DNA of 64,000 nt from NCBI GenBank assembly GCA_046351555.1, contig JAXLYI010000029.1, positions 45,727 to 109,726 on the forward strand, read 5' to 3'. A model generated the notes under the pieces. It worked only from the letters and a program-made list of their open reading frames with translations. It was not told the origin of the DNA and did not search any database. This document shows, piece by piece, positions 21,988 through 30,773 of the stretch (positions are counted from its first letter, which is position 1; the number at the start of each line of letters is the position of its first letter). This stretch comes from Polyangiales bacterium (GTDB lineage Bacteria > Myxococcota_A > Polyangia > Polyangiales > Ga0077539). The translations under genes were made by a program, and so were the position numbers.

Positions 21988-22689
21988 ATGCGACGCACCG
22001 AGCGACTCTTCCGCGTCATCCAGATCCTCCGCCGCAAGCGGCGCCCCGTCACCGGCCAGGAGCTCGCCGACGAGCTGGAGGTGTCGCTCCGCACGCTCTA
22101 CCGCGACGTGGCCGAGCTCCTCGCGCAGCGCGTCCCGATCCGCGGCGAGGCCGGCGCGGGCTACGTGCTCGACACCACGTACGACATGCCGCCGCTGATG
22201 CTCACGCCCGACGAGCTCGAGGCCGCGGTGCTCGGCGCCGCCTGGGTGGCCCAGCGCGGCGACGCCTCCCTCGCCCGCGCCGCGCAGGACCTCGTGTCGA
22301 AGCTCACCCACGCCGTCCCGCAGCACCTCCGCCCGGTGCTGCTCGACGCGACGCTCCACCCGGTGTCGTTCCGCGCGCGGGCGAGCGACGGGGTCGACGT
22401 GGCGGTGCTGCGCCGCGCGATCCGCGACCGCGAGAAGCTGCGCGTCGCCTACCGCGACGAGAAGGGCGCGGAGACCGAGCGCGTCGTCTGGCCCTTCCTC
22501 CTCGCCTACATGGAAGACCTGCGGATCGTCGCCGCGTGGTGCGAGCTGCGCGGGGGCTTCCGGCACTTTCGCACCGACCGGATCGCGAGCGCGACGCCGC
22601 TCGGCGAGCGCTACCCGGAGGCCCGCGGCGCGCTCCGCAAGCGCTGGGAGGTCGCCCGGCTCGAGCACCGGCGCCCGCAGCCCGGTTGA
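21988..22689 (+). CDS. YafY-family transcriptional regulator (HTH + WYL domain)
   Basis: 233 aa; N-terminal HTH (RLFRVIQILRRKRRPVTGQELADELEVSLRTLYRDV) and WYL-type C-terminal domain; divergent from GST-like gene. Confidence 0.85.
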   Translation: MRRTERLFRVIQILRRKRRPVTGQELADELEVSLRTLYRDVAELLAQRVPIRGEAGAGYVLDTTYDMPPLMLTPDELEAAVLGAAWVAQRGDASLARAAQDLVSKLTHAVPQHLRPVLLDATLHPVSFRARASDGVDVAVLRRAIRDREKLRVAYRDEKGAETERVVWPFLLAYMEDLRIVAAWCELRGGFRHFRTDRIASATPLGERYPEARGALRKRWEVARLEHRRPQPG

Positions 22690-22690
22690 C

Positions 22691-24586
22691 TCACGCCGCG
22701 GGCTGCTCGTCGAGCGCGAACTCGATGCGGCCGAGCGTCGCGTCGGCCGACACCACCCTCACCCGCAGCGCCGTGCCGATGGCGAAGGTGCGCGACGCCG
22801 AGCGCGCGTGCGACTCGCCCGCGTCGACCTCCCAGGGCCCGCCCGGCAGCTTGTCGAAGGGGACCGTCCCCTCGATGAGGGACGTGTCGATCTGGGCCAT
22901 CAGCCCGAAGGGCCTCACGCGCGTCACGCGGGCGTCGAAGGACTCCCCCACACGCCCGGCCATGTACGCCGCGGTGACCATGCGGCGGCGGTCGTTCTCG
23001 GCGCGGGTGGCGGCGCGGGCGCGGGCGTTGATGTGCTTCGCGAGCGCCTCGGTGGCCGCGTCGCCGGGGACGAAGCCGCGGTCGCCGTGCAGGTAGCGCC
23101 GCACCACGCGGTGGACGGCGAGGTCGGCGTAGCGGCGGATGGGCGACGTGAAGTGCAGGTAGAGCGGCGCGGCGAGCCCGAAGTGCGGCGACGGGTGCAC
23201 CGTGTAGCGCGCGGGCCCGAGCGAGCGGAGCAGCACCGAGCGCAGCGCGGGCTCGAGCGGCGAGCCCGAGATCTGGTGGTCGAAAGCCGCCAGCGCGAGC
23301 GGCGAGAGCCGCGGCCCGAAGCCCGCTTCGAAGCCGAAGTTGCGCGCGAACTCCGCGATCTCCGCCGCCCGCTCGGGCGTCGGCTCGTCGTGGACGCGGA
23401 AGACGCCCGGCACGCCGCGCTCGACCAGCCAGCGCGCGACCGCCTCGTTGGCCGCCACCATCGCCCGCTCGATCAGCAGGTGCGCGCTCGTCGGCCGGTA
23501 CGCCGCCACGCCCGTCACCACGCCGCGCGCGACGTCGAACACGATCGACGCCTCCTCGCGCTGGATCTCCACGCCCCCGCGGCGCGCGCGGGAGAGCCCG
23601 AGCCGCGCCGACACCGTCCGCAGCCACGGCAGCATCGCCCGCACCGGCGCGAGGTTGTCGCTCACCACTGCCCCGTCGAGGAAGGCCGCCACCTCGTCGT
23701 AGGTGGCCCGCGCATCCGAGCGGATCACGCTCTCGTACACGTCGACGGAGGTCACCGCGCCCTCCGGGTCGATCCGCAGCTCCGCGGTGAGGCACGCGCG
23801 GTCGACGCCCGGCAGGAGGCTGATCCACTCGGCCGAGAGCGCGTCGGGCAGCATCGGGATCACCTTGCCCGCGAGGTACACGCTCGTCGCCCGCTCGCGC
23901 GCCGCCCGGTCGAGCGCCGACCCCTCGGGCACGAAGGCCCCGACGTCGGCGATCGACACCAGCAGCCGGACGGCCCCGTCGGAGGGCGCCGGGAGCACCG
24001 ACACGGCGTCGTCGATGTCGCGCGTCGAGGCCGCGTCGATGGTGATCGTCGGCACGTCGCGCAGGTCCCGGCGGAAGCCCGCCACCGCGTGCGGGGTGGC
24101 GAGCGCGTCGGCCACCCCGGCGAGCGCGGCCTCGTCGAAGGCGGTGGGGACGCCGTGGCGGGCCACCACCTGCGCGAGGGCGCGCTCGTCGGCGCTCTCC
24201 ACCTGGCGCAGCGCGCGCGCGCGGAGCCCCGGGCCCACCGCGGCGACGACGTGCGCGCCGAGCGCCACGGCCGCGCCCCCCGCGTCGAGCGGGAGGTCGG
24301 TGTTGGCCACCTCGCGGTCGACCCGGAGGTGGAGCTCGCCGCGGTGCTGGACCACCTCCCCGTAGACCTCGCGGCGCGTCCGCTCGACGAGCGCGAGGGC
24401 CGTCGCGGTGAGCCGACCGTCGACCGCCTCGGTGACCGCCGCCTCGACGCGGTCGTCGGCGAGGTGGGCGTTGAGCAGCGGCGGCGGGACGAAGGCCGAC
24501 GGCGCGCCCTCGCCCTCCCCGTTGACGAAGCCGAAGCCCCGCGGGTTGATGCTCACCGTCCCGACGATCGTGCGTGTGGCGCTCAT
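22691..24586 (-). CDS. rnr: RNase II/RNase R-family 3'-5' exoribonuclease (CSD + RNB + S1)
   Basis: 631 aa from MSATRTIVGTVSINPRGFGFV (cold-shock-like OB) inside ORF 22691..26020; RNB catalytic motifs DIDDAVSV...and C-terminal S1-like domain. Alt start 24649. Confidence 0.8.
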   Translation of the reverse strand: MSATRTIVGTVSINPRGFGFVNGEGEGAPSAFVPPPLLNAHLADDRVEAAVTEAVDGRLTATALALVERTRREVYGEVVQHRGELHLRVDREVANTDLPLDAGGAAVALGAHVVAAVGPGLRARALRQVESADERALAQVVARHGVPTAFDEAALAGVADALATPHAVAGFRRDLRDVPTITIDAASTRDIDDAVSVLPAPSDGAVRLLVSIADVGAFVPEGSALDRAARERATSVYLAGKVIPMLPDALSAEWISLLPGVDRACLTAELRIDPEGAVTSVDVYESVIRSDARATYDEVAAFLDGAVVSDNLAPVRAMLPWLRTVSARLGLSRARRGGVEIQREEASIVFDVARGVVTGVAAYRPTSAHLLIERAMVAANEAVARWLVERGVPGVFRVHDEPTPERAAEIAEFARNFGFEAGFGPRLSPLALAAFDHQISGSPLEPALRSVLLRSLGPARYTVHPSPHFGLAAPLYLHFTSPIRRYADLAVHRVVRRYLHGDRGFVPGDAATEALAKHINARARAATRAENDRRRMVTAAYMAGRVGESFDARVTRVRPFGLMAQIDTSLIEGTVPFDKLPGGPWEVDAGESHARSASRTFAIGTALRVRVVSADATLGRIEFALDEQPAA

Positions 24587-24658
24587 GGAGGGGGGCGGAG
24601 TCTGCGGCCCGGGGCGCTTTTTGTGAAGGCTCGACGTCGCCCCGGCCATGGAGCCCGC

Positions 24659-25801
24659 ATGATGCTTTCGAAGACGCGGCGACCGGCGCCCCTGCTCGCG
24701 GCCCTGGCGGCCCTCTCCCTGGCGGGCTGCGGCGCGAAGACGGGGCTGCTGGTGCCCGACGTGCTGTCCTTCCCCGACGCCGACGTGCCCGACGTCGAGG
24801 ACGTGATGGACGTGCCGGAGGCCGAGGTTCCGCGCTGCCGGCCGGGCACCTTCCCGCTCACCGAGCGGGCCGCCGACATCCTCCTGGTGCTCGACCGCTC
24901 GGGCTCGATGAACCAGACGCTCAACAACGCGGGCGGCGTGAGCAAGTGGCGCCTCCTGCGCGACGCCCTGGCCGCGACGCTGCCGCGGGTGGCCTCGCGG
25001 GTGCGCGTCGGCGCGCTCTTCTTCCCGGAGTACGGCGCGGCGTCGCGCGGCGCGGCCTGCGCGCTGGCCAACATCCCGAGCATCGACGTCGGCCTCGCCT
25101 CGGGCACCACGGGGCAGATCCTCAGCGTGTTCGACGACACCGGGACGGCCGGGGGCACGCCCACCGCGCCCGCCCTCCTCCGCGCGTACACCTACCTCGT
25201 GCGCAACCCCGACCGGACGCGCGCCCGCTACCTCGTGCTCGCCACCGACGGCGCGCCCAACTGCAACGCCGCGCTCGACCCGGCCACCTGCATCTGCGGC
25301 GGCCCCGGCGGCGGCGGGCGCGGCTGCGGCACCGACGCCGAGCGCTGCCTCGACGACACCCGCGCGGTCAGCGACATCACGCAGATCGCCAGCAACGCCG
25401 TCACCTCGATGCCCGTGTACGTCATCGGCCTCGCGGACAACACCGACTCCACCTTCGCCACCACGCTGCGCCGCATGGCCGTCGCGGGGGGCCGCCCCAA
25501 CCGCGCCACCGGCACGCCCACCTACTACGACGTGCAGCGCCCCGAGGAGCTCACCGCCGCCCTCTCGGCCATCCAGAACGAGGTGGCCCGCTGCACCTTC
25601 GTCGCGCCGTCGCGCCCCACCGACCCCGACGCGATCACCCTCACCGTCAACGGCGTTTCGGTGCCGCGCGACACCTCGCGGGTCAACGGCTGGGACTGGA
25701 CGGACATGGGCTTCGGCGAGCTCACCCTCTTCGGCGCCGCGTGCCCGCGCGACACCGAGACCAACACCGCCACCGCCACGGTCGGGTGCGGCGATGAGTA
25801 G
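24659..25801 (+). CDS. vWA-domain lipoprotein
   Basis: 380 aa (in-frame tail of ORF 22808..25801); lipobox LSLAGCG; MIDAS LLVLDRSGSM ... LVLATDGAPN. Confidence 0.75.
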   Translation: MMLSKTRRPAPLLAALAALSLAGCGAKTGLLVPDVLSFPDADVPDVEDVMDVPEAEVPRCRPGTFPLTERAADILLVLDRSGSMNQTLNNAGGVSKWRLLRDALAATLPRVASRVRVGALFFPEYGAASRGAACALANIPSIDVGLASGTTGQILSVFDDTGTAGGTPTAPALLRAYTYLVRNPDRTRARYLVLATDGAPNCNAALDPATCICGGPGGGGRGCGTDAERCLDDTRAVSDITQIASNAVTSMPVYVIGLADNTDSTFATTLRRMAVAGGRPNRATGTPTYYDVQRPEELTAALSAIQNEVARCTFVAPSRPTDPDAITLTVNGVSVPRDTSRVNGWDWTDMGFGELTLFGAACPRDTETNTATATVGCGDE

Positions 25802-26300
25802 GCCCCCGCTCGCCGCCCTCGCGCTCGCGCTCCTCGCCGACTGCACCACGTCGGACTCGTGCGACCCGGGCACGCAGCAGCCCTGCGCCCTCTCGCTCGA
25901 CGGCGGCGCGATGCAGCGGGGCTTCCAGGCGTGCTCGGCGTCGGGCCGCTGGTCGGCCTGCATCGCCGTGGGCGCGTGCTCCGGCGCGGCGGGCGCGCGG
26001 CCGGTGTACTCGCGCTGCACCGCGAGCTCGCAGTGCGGGCCCGACTCCTGCGCGGCCTGCGGGCACTACACCGGCGTGGCCAACCCCGAGGGCTACGAGG
26101 TCTGCTACGCGTACTGCCAGGCCGACGCCGACTGCGCCCCCACCACGGCCGCGGCGGGCGTGACGCCGCGCTGCGTGCTCGGGCAGTGCACCCTCCTCTG
26201 CGCGGCCGGCGCGACCTGCCCCAACGACTCGCGCTGCCTCCCGTGGAACACCCCCGAGCTCACCGCGGCCAACCCGGGCTTCGCGGGGCTCTGCGAGTAG
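25794..26300 (+). CDS. Small Cys-rich secreted/lipoprotein (16 Cys)
   Basis: 168 aa; lipobox LLADC; overlaps upstream vWA gene stop by 8 nt (translational coupling); GC3-rich. Confidence 0.6.
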   Translation: MSRPPLAALALALLADCTTSDSCDPGTQQPCALSLDGGAMQRGFQACSASGRWSACIAVGACSGAAGARPVYSRCTASSQCGPDSCAACGHYTGVANPEGYEVCYAYCQADADCAPTTAAAGVTPRCVLGQCTLLCAAGATCPNDSRCLPWNTPELTAANPGFAGLCE

Positions 26301-26399
26301 CGTCGCGGTCCGCGCGCTCACGCGCTGCGGTTTGCCTTACGCGCGGTGGCAGCCGTAGGTCGCTTGCGAGCGGCGTTTCCGCGTTAGCATCGCGCGCCG

Positions 26400-28637
26400 A
26401 TGCGCCTCGCCCTCGCCTCCGTCCTCGCGCTCGCCGCCTGCCGCGCCGCGCCCGCCCCCGCGCCCCGCGCCCCCGCCGCGCGACGCGCGCCCGTCGACGT
26501 TCGCCGTGGTGTCGATGCGGCCCCGCTCGAGCAGTACGCCCGCACCGAACGGTTCACCGTCGGGCGCCCGTCGCGCTTCACCGTCACCGACGACGGGCAG
26601 GCGGTGTTCTTCCTCCGCGCCGTCGCGGGGAGCCCGGCGCGGGCGCTCCACGTGTGGGAGCGGTCGACGGGGCAGGAGCGCGTGCTGGTGACGGCGGCGC
26701 AGCTCCTGGGTAGCGGCGAGGAGGTGCTCGACGCGGCTGAGCGGGCGCGCCGCGAGCGCCAGCGGGTGATGGGCCGCGGGGTCACGCAGTACCGCGTCTC
26801 GCCCGACGGCGCGCGGGTGCTCGTCGCCCTCTCGGGCCGACTGTTCGTGGTCGAACGATCGGGCGGCGCGGTGACCGAGCTCCCCTCCGCGGGGGGCCCT
26901 CCCGTCGACGCCCGCTTCTCGCCCGACGGCCGCGCGGTGAGCCTCGTGCGCGGCGGCGAGCTCCACGTCATCGACCTCGCGACGCGCGCGGAGCGGGCCG
27001 TCACGCAGGGCGCCACCGACGACCGGACGCACGCGGTGGCGGAGTTCGTCGCGCAGGAGGAGCTCGACCGGATGGAGGGCTACTGGTGGTCGCCCGACGC
27101 CACGAAGCTGCTCTACCAGGAGACCGACCTCTCCCACGTCGAGCGCCTCCGCATCGCCGATCCTTCGCACCCCGAACAATCCCCCGAGGCCACCGCGTAC
27201 CCGCGCGCCGGCACGCCCAACGCCGTGGTGCGACTGGGCATCGTGCCCGCGGCCGGCGGCGACACCACCTGGGTCCGCTGGGACGCCGCGCGCTACCCCT
27301 ACCTCGTCACGGTGCGCTGGCAGCCCAACGCGCCGCTCACCCTCGTGGTGATGACCCGCGCGCAGGACGAGGTCGCCCTCCTCGCAGCGCTCCCCGACGG
27401 GCGGACGCGGGTGTTCCACACCGAACGCGATGTGGCCTGGGTCAACACGGAGCAGGGGCTCCCGCGCTGGTCGCGCGACGGGCGGAGCTTCCTCTGGCGC
27501 GCCGAGCGCGAGGGCCGCGGCGTGGTCGAGAGGTACGACCGCGACGGGATGCTCCTCGCGACGCTCACCCCCCGCTCGCTCGACGCGCGTGCGCTGCTCG
27601 GGTGGGACGAGGCGCGCAACGAGCTCTACGTCGCCGCGTCCGACGACCCCACGCAGACCCACGTCGTGCGCGTGAGCGAAGGCCCCGAGGGACCGCGCGC
27701 CGACGACCTCACCCCGGAGGCCGGCGAGCACGACCTCGCGGTCGCCGACGACGGGTCGCTCCAGGTCCGGACGGCCCACACGCTCGGCGCGCTCCCGGCC
27801 ACCACCCTGCACGACCACGACGGCCAGCGCCTCACGGAGATCGCCTCGAACGTCGAAGCCCCCGCGGCGCTCCCGCGCGTCGAGCTCCGGACGGTGGGCG
27901 CCGAGCGCTTCCGCACCGCGATCGTTCGCCCCTCCAACTTCCAGCCCGGCCGGCGCTACCCGGTGGTCGTGTGGGTGTACGGCGGGCCCGGCAGCCGGAT
28001 GGTGACGAGCGCGGCCGAGCGCTATTTCGTGCAGCAGTGGATCGCCGACCAGGGCTTCGTCGTGGCGCTCGCCGACGGCCGCGGCACGCCGTGGCGGGGC
28101 CGCGACTGGGAGCGCGCGATCCGGCTCCACCTCGGGGACGTCCCCCTCGACGACCAGGTGAGCGCGCTCCAGGCGCTCGCCGCGGGCGACCCTTCGCTCG
28201 ACCTCTCGCGCGTCGGGATCATCGGGTGGTCGTTCGGCGGCTACCTCGCGGCGCGCGCGGTGATCGAGCGGCCCGACGTTTTCCACGCCGCGGTGTCGGG
28301 CGCGCCCGTCACCGACTGGCGCGAGTACGACACGTGTTACACCGAGCGCTTCCTCGGCCTCCCCGACGGTGAGCCCGCCGCGTACGAGCAAGCCTCGCTG
28401 CTCCCGCACGCCGCGTCGCTTCGGCGCCCGCTGCTCCTCGTGCACGAGACGGCCGACGACAACGTGTATTTCCACAACGGGCTCCGCCTCGCCGACGCGC
28501 TCTTCCGCGCAGGGAGGCGCTTCGAGTTCCTCCCGCTGGCGGGGCAGACGCACCTCGTGAACTCGCCTGAGCTCATCGTCGCGTGGCTCCTGCGGGCGCG
28601 GCAGTTCTTCGTCGAGAACCTCCGCGCCCCTTCGTAG
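26400..28637 (+). CDS. Dipeptidyl aminopeptidase / prolyl oligopeptidase family S9 (DPP-IV-like) lipoprotein
   Basis: 745 aa; lipobox LALAAC; N-terminal beta-propeller region; C-terminal alpha/beta hydrolase with GWSFGGY nucleophile elbow and Asp/His downstream. Confidence 0.9.
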   Translation: MRLALASVLALAACRAAPAPAPRAPAARRAPVDVRRGVDAAPLEQYARTERFTVGRPSRFTVTDDGQAVFFLRAVAGSPARALHVWERSTGQERVLVTAAQLLGSGEEVLDAAERARRERQRVMGRGVTQYRVSPDGARVLVALSGRLFVVERSGGAVTELPSAGGPPVDARFSPDGRAVSLVRGGELHVIDLATRAERAVTQGATDDRTHAVAEFVAQEELDRMEGYWWSPDATKLLYQETDLSHVERLRIADPSHPEQSPEATAYPRAGTPNAVVRLGIVPAAGGDTTWVRWDAARYPYLVTVRWQPNAPLTLVVMTRAQDEVALLAALPDGRTRVFHTERDVAWVNTEQGLPRWSRDGRSFLWRAEREGRGVVERYDRDGMLLATLTPRSLDARALLGWDEARNELYVAASDDPTQTHVVRVSEGPEGPRADDLTPEAGEHDLAVADDGSLQVRTAHTLGALPATTLHDHDGQRLTEIASNVEAPAALPRVELRTVGAERFRTAIVRPSNFQPGRRYPVVVWVYGGPGSRMVTSAAERYFVQQWIADQGFVVALADGRGTPWRGRDWERAIRLHLGDVPLDDQVSALQALAAGDPSLDLSRVGIIGWSFGGYLAARAVIERPDVFHAAVSGAPVTDWREYDTCYTERFLGLPDGEPAAYEQASLLPHAASLRRPLLLVHETADDNVYFHNGLRLADALFRAGRRFEFLPLAGQTHLVNSPELIVAWLLRARQFFVENLRAPS

Positions 28638-28692
28638 GACGACGTCCGATTCCGGCGAGACCGGCGCCCCGCCCCGGGCCTATAGCTCTCGC

Positions 28693-30126
28693 ATGAACCT
28701 CGACCCCGCCGCCTGCCACGCCGCCGTCGACGCGCGCGACCGGCGCTACGACGGGCTCTTCTTCACCGGCGTCACCTCCACCGGCGTCTACTGCCGCTGC
28801 GTCTGCCCCGCCCGCACGCCGAAGCCCGCCAACCGCGCCTTCTTCCCCTCCGCGGCCGCCGCCGAGGGCGCAGGCTTCCGCCCCTGCCTGATGTGCCGGC
28901 CCGAGTGCGCGCCGGGCGCCGCGCCCATCGACGCCACCGAGCGCCTCGCCCACGACGCGCTCCGCCGCATCGAGGCCGGCGCGCTCGAAGAGCAGGGCCT
29001 CGAAGCGCTCGCCGCCGACCTCGGCGTCTCCGACCGCCACCTCCGCCGCGCGATGATCGACACCTTCGGCGCCGCGCCCGTCGCCATCGCCCAGACGCAC
29101 CGGCTCCTCACCGCGAAGCGCCTCCTCCGCGAGACGTCCCTCCCCGTCACGCAGGTGGCCTTCGCCGCGGGCTTCCAGAGCCTCCGGCGCTTCAACGCGC
29201 TCTTCCGCGAGCGCTACGGGATGCCGCCCTCGCGCGTCCGAGAGCGCGCCGCCGCGAGCGCCGGGCTCACCGTCACCCTCGCGCCGCGCGGCGTGTTCGA
29301 CGGCGCCGCGCCGAGCGCGCACTTCCGCCTCCGCGGCGTCACGCGCATGGAGCTGCCCGTCGGCGACCGCGGCTGGACGCGCACCTTCGCGATCGACGGC
29401 CACGCCGGCTGGATCGCGCTCGACCTCTCCGGCGAGGCCCCGCGCCTCACGCTCTCCGACGGCCTCGCGCCCGCCTTCCGCGCGGTGATCGCCGCGGTGC
29501 GGGGCGCCCTCGACCTCGACGCGAACCTCGACGCCATCCACGCCTCGCTCGCGCGCGACGCGGCCTTCGCGAAGGAGATCGCCGCCGACCCCACCGTCCG
29601 CCTCCCTGTCGCCCTCGACCCCTTCGAACTCGCCGTCCGCGCCGTCGTCGGGCAGCAGGTGACCGTGAAGGCCGCGACCGGCGTGGTGAGCCGCCTCGTC
29701 GAGCGCTTCGGCGCGCCGATCGAGACGGGCGTCCCCGGCCTCGACCGCCTCTTCCCCACGCCCGAGCGCCTCGCCGACGCCACCGCCTCGGAGTTCGAAG
29801 GGCTCGGCCAGCCTGGGGCGCGCACCGCCACCGTGCAGCGGATCGCCCGCGCCGTCGCCGACAAGAAGCTCCGCCTCGCGCGCGGCGCGGTCGCGGTGGG
29901 GCGCGCGGGCCTCTCGGAGATCGCAGGCGTCGGCCCGTGGACGCTGGAGTACGTCGCGCTGCGCGGCCTCGGCGACCCCGACGCCTTCCCGCTCGGCGAC
30001 AGCGCGCTGCGCGCCGCGCACCCGGGCGACCTGAAGCGCGACTGCGAGTTCTGGCGGCCGTGGCGCGCGTACGCCGCCGCCCGCCTCTGGCGCCGCCCGA
30101 TCACCCCGCGAAAGAGCACCCCATGA
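28693..30126 (+). CDS. alkA: Ada-like regulatory domain / AraC-HTH / DNA-3-methyladenine glycosylase II (AlkA) fusion
   Basis: 477 aa; N-terminal Ada Zn-binding Cys cluster (CRCVCPAR...CLMCRPEC), AraC-type HTH, C-terminal HhH-GPD glycosylase domain. Confidence 0.85.
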   Translation: MNLDPAACHAAVDARDRRYDGLFFTGVTSTGVYCRCVCPARTPKPANRAFFPSAAAAEGAGFRPCLMCRPECAPGAAPIDATERLAHDALRRIEAGALEEQGLEALAADLGVSDRHLRRAMIDTFGAAPVAIAQTHRLLTAKRLLRETSLPVTQVAFAAGFQSLRRFNALFRERYGMPPSRVRERAAASAGLTVTLAPRGVFDGAAPSAHFRLRGVTRMELPVGDRGWTRTFAIDGHAGWIALDLSGEAPRLTLSDGLAPAFRAVIAAVRGALDLDANLDAIHASLARDAAFAKEIAADPTVRLPVALDPFELAVRAVVGQQVTVKAATGVVSRLVERFGAPIETGVPGLDRLFPTPERLADATASEFEGLGQPGARTATVQRIARAVADKKLRLARGAVAVGRAGLSEIAGVGPWTLEYVALRGLGDPDAFPLGDSALRAAHPGDLKRDCEFWRPWRAYAAARLWRRPITPRKSTP

Positions 30127-30650
30127 ACCTCGTCGAGGAGCACCCCGTGATGAACGTCGTCGTCCACCCCACGCCCGTCGGCCCGCTCCACCTCGCGAGC
30201 GACGGCGCCTCGCTCGTCGCGTGCGAGTTCGAAGGCTACGAGCGCGGCATCGCCCATCGCATCCTCCGTGAGCGGACGGCGTCGAGCGCTGACGCGGTGA
30301 TCGACCTCGCCCGGCGCGAGCTCGACGGATTCTTCGCCGGGCGCCTGCGCGCCTTCACGGTGCCCGTGGCGCCGCGCGGGACGGACTTCCAGCGCAAGGT
30401 GTGGGCGGCGCTGCGGGAGATCCCCTACGGCGAGACGTGGAGCTACGGCGCGCTGGCGAAGCACATCCACAGCCCCGCCGCGGTGCGCGCGGTGGGCGCG
30501 GCCAACGGGCAGAACCCGGTGTGCATCATCGTCCCCTGCCACCGGGTCATCGGCGCCGACGGGTCGCTGACGGGCTTCGGCGGGGGACTCCCGCGCAAGC
30601 GCTACCTGCTCGCGCTCGAGCGCGGCGAGCGCCCGCTGATGATGGCCTGA
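30123..30650 (+). CDS. ogt: O6-methylguanine-DNA methyltransferase
   Basis: 175 aa; active-site PCHRV motif; ATGA overlap with upstream alkA stop. Confidence 0.9.
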   Translation: MNLVEEHPVMNVVVHPTPVGPLHLASDGASLVACEFEGYERGIAHRILRERTASSADAVIDLARRELDGFFAGRLRAFTVPVAPRGTDFQRKVWAALREIPYGETWSYGALAKHIHSPAAVRAVGAANGQNPVCIIVPCHRVIGADGSLTGFGGGLPRKRYLLALERGERPLMMA

Positions 30651-30758
30651 GGGGGGCCGCAGATTCCGCGCCGCGTGCGCGACCGGCCCCTCGCGCTTTC
30701 CCTTTGCCTTCGGGGCCGCGGCGCCCTATCACCCTGCGCGCCGTGCCCGCCGCGCGGC

Positions 30759-30765
30759 GGAGGAG
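30759..30765 (+). promoter_or_regulatory. Shine-Dalgarno (GGAGGAG) for MVP-homolog gene
   Basis: GGAGGAG 8 nt upstream of ATG 30774. Confidence 0.5.
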
Positions 30766-30773
30766 TGACTGCG

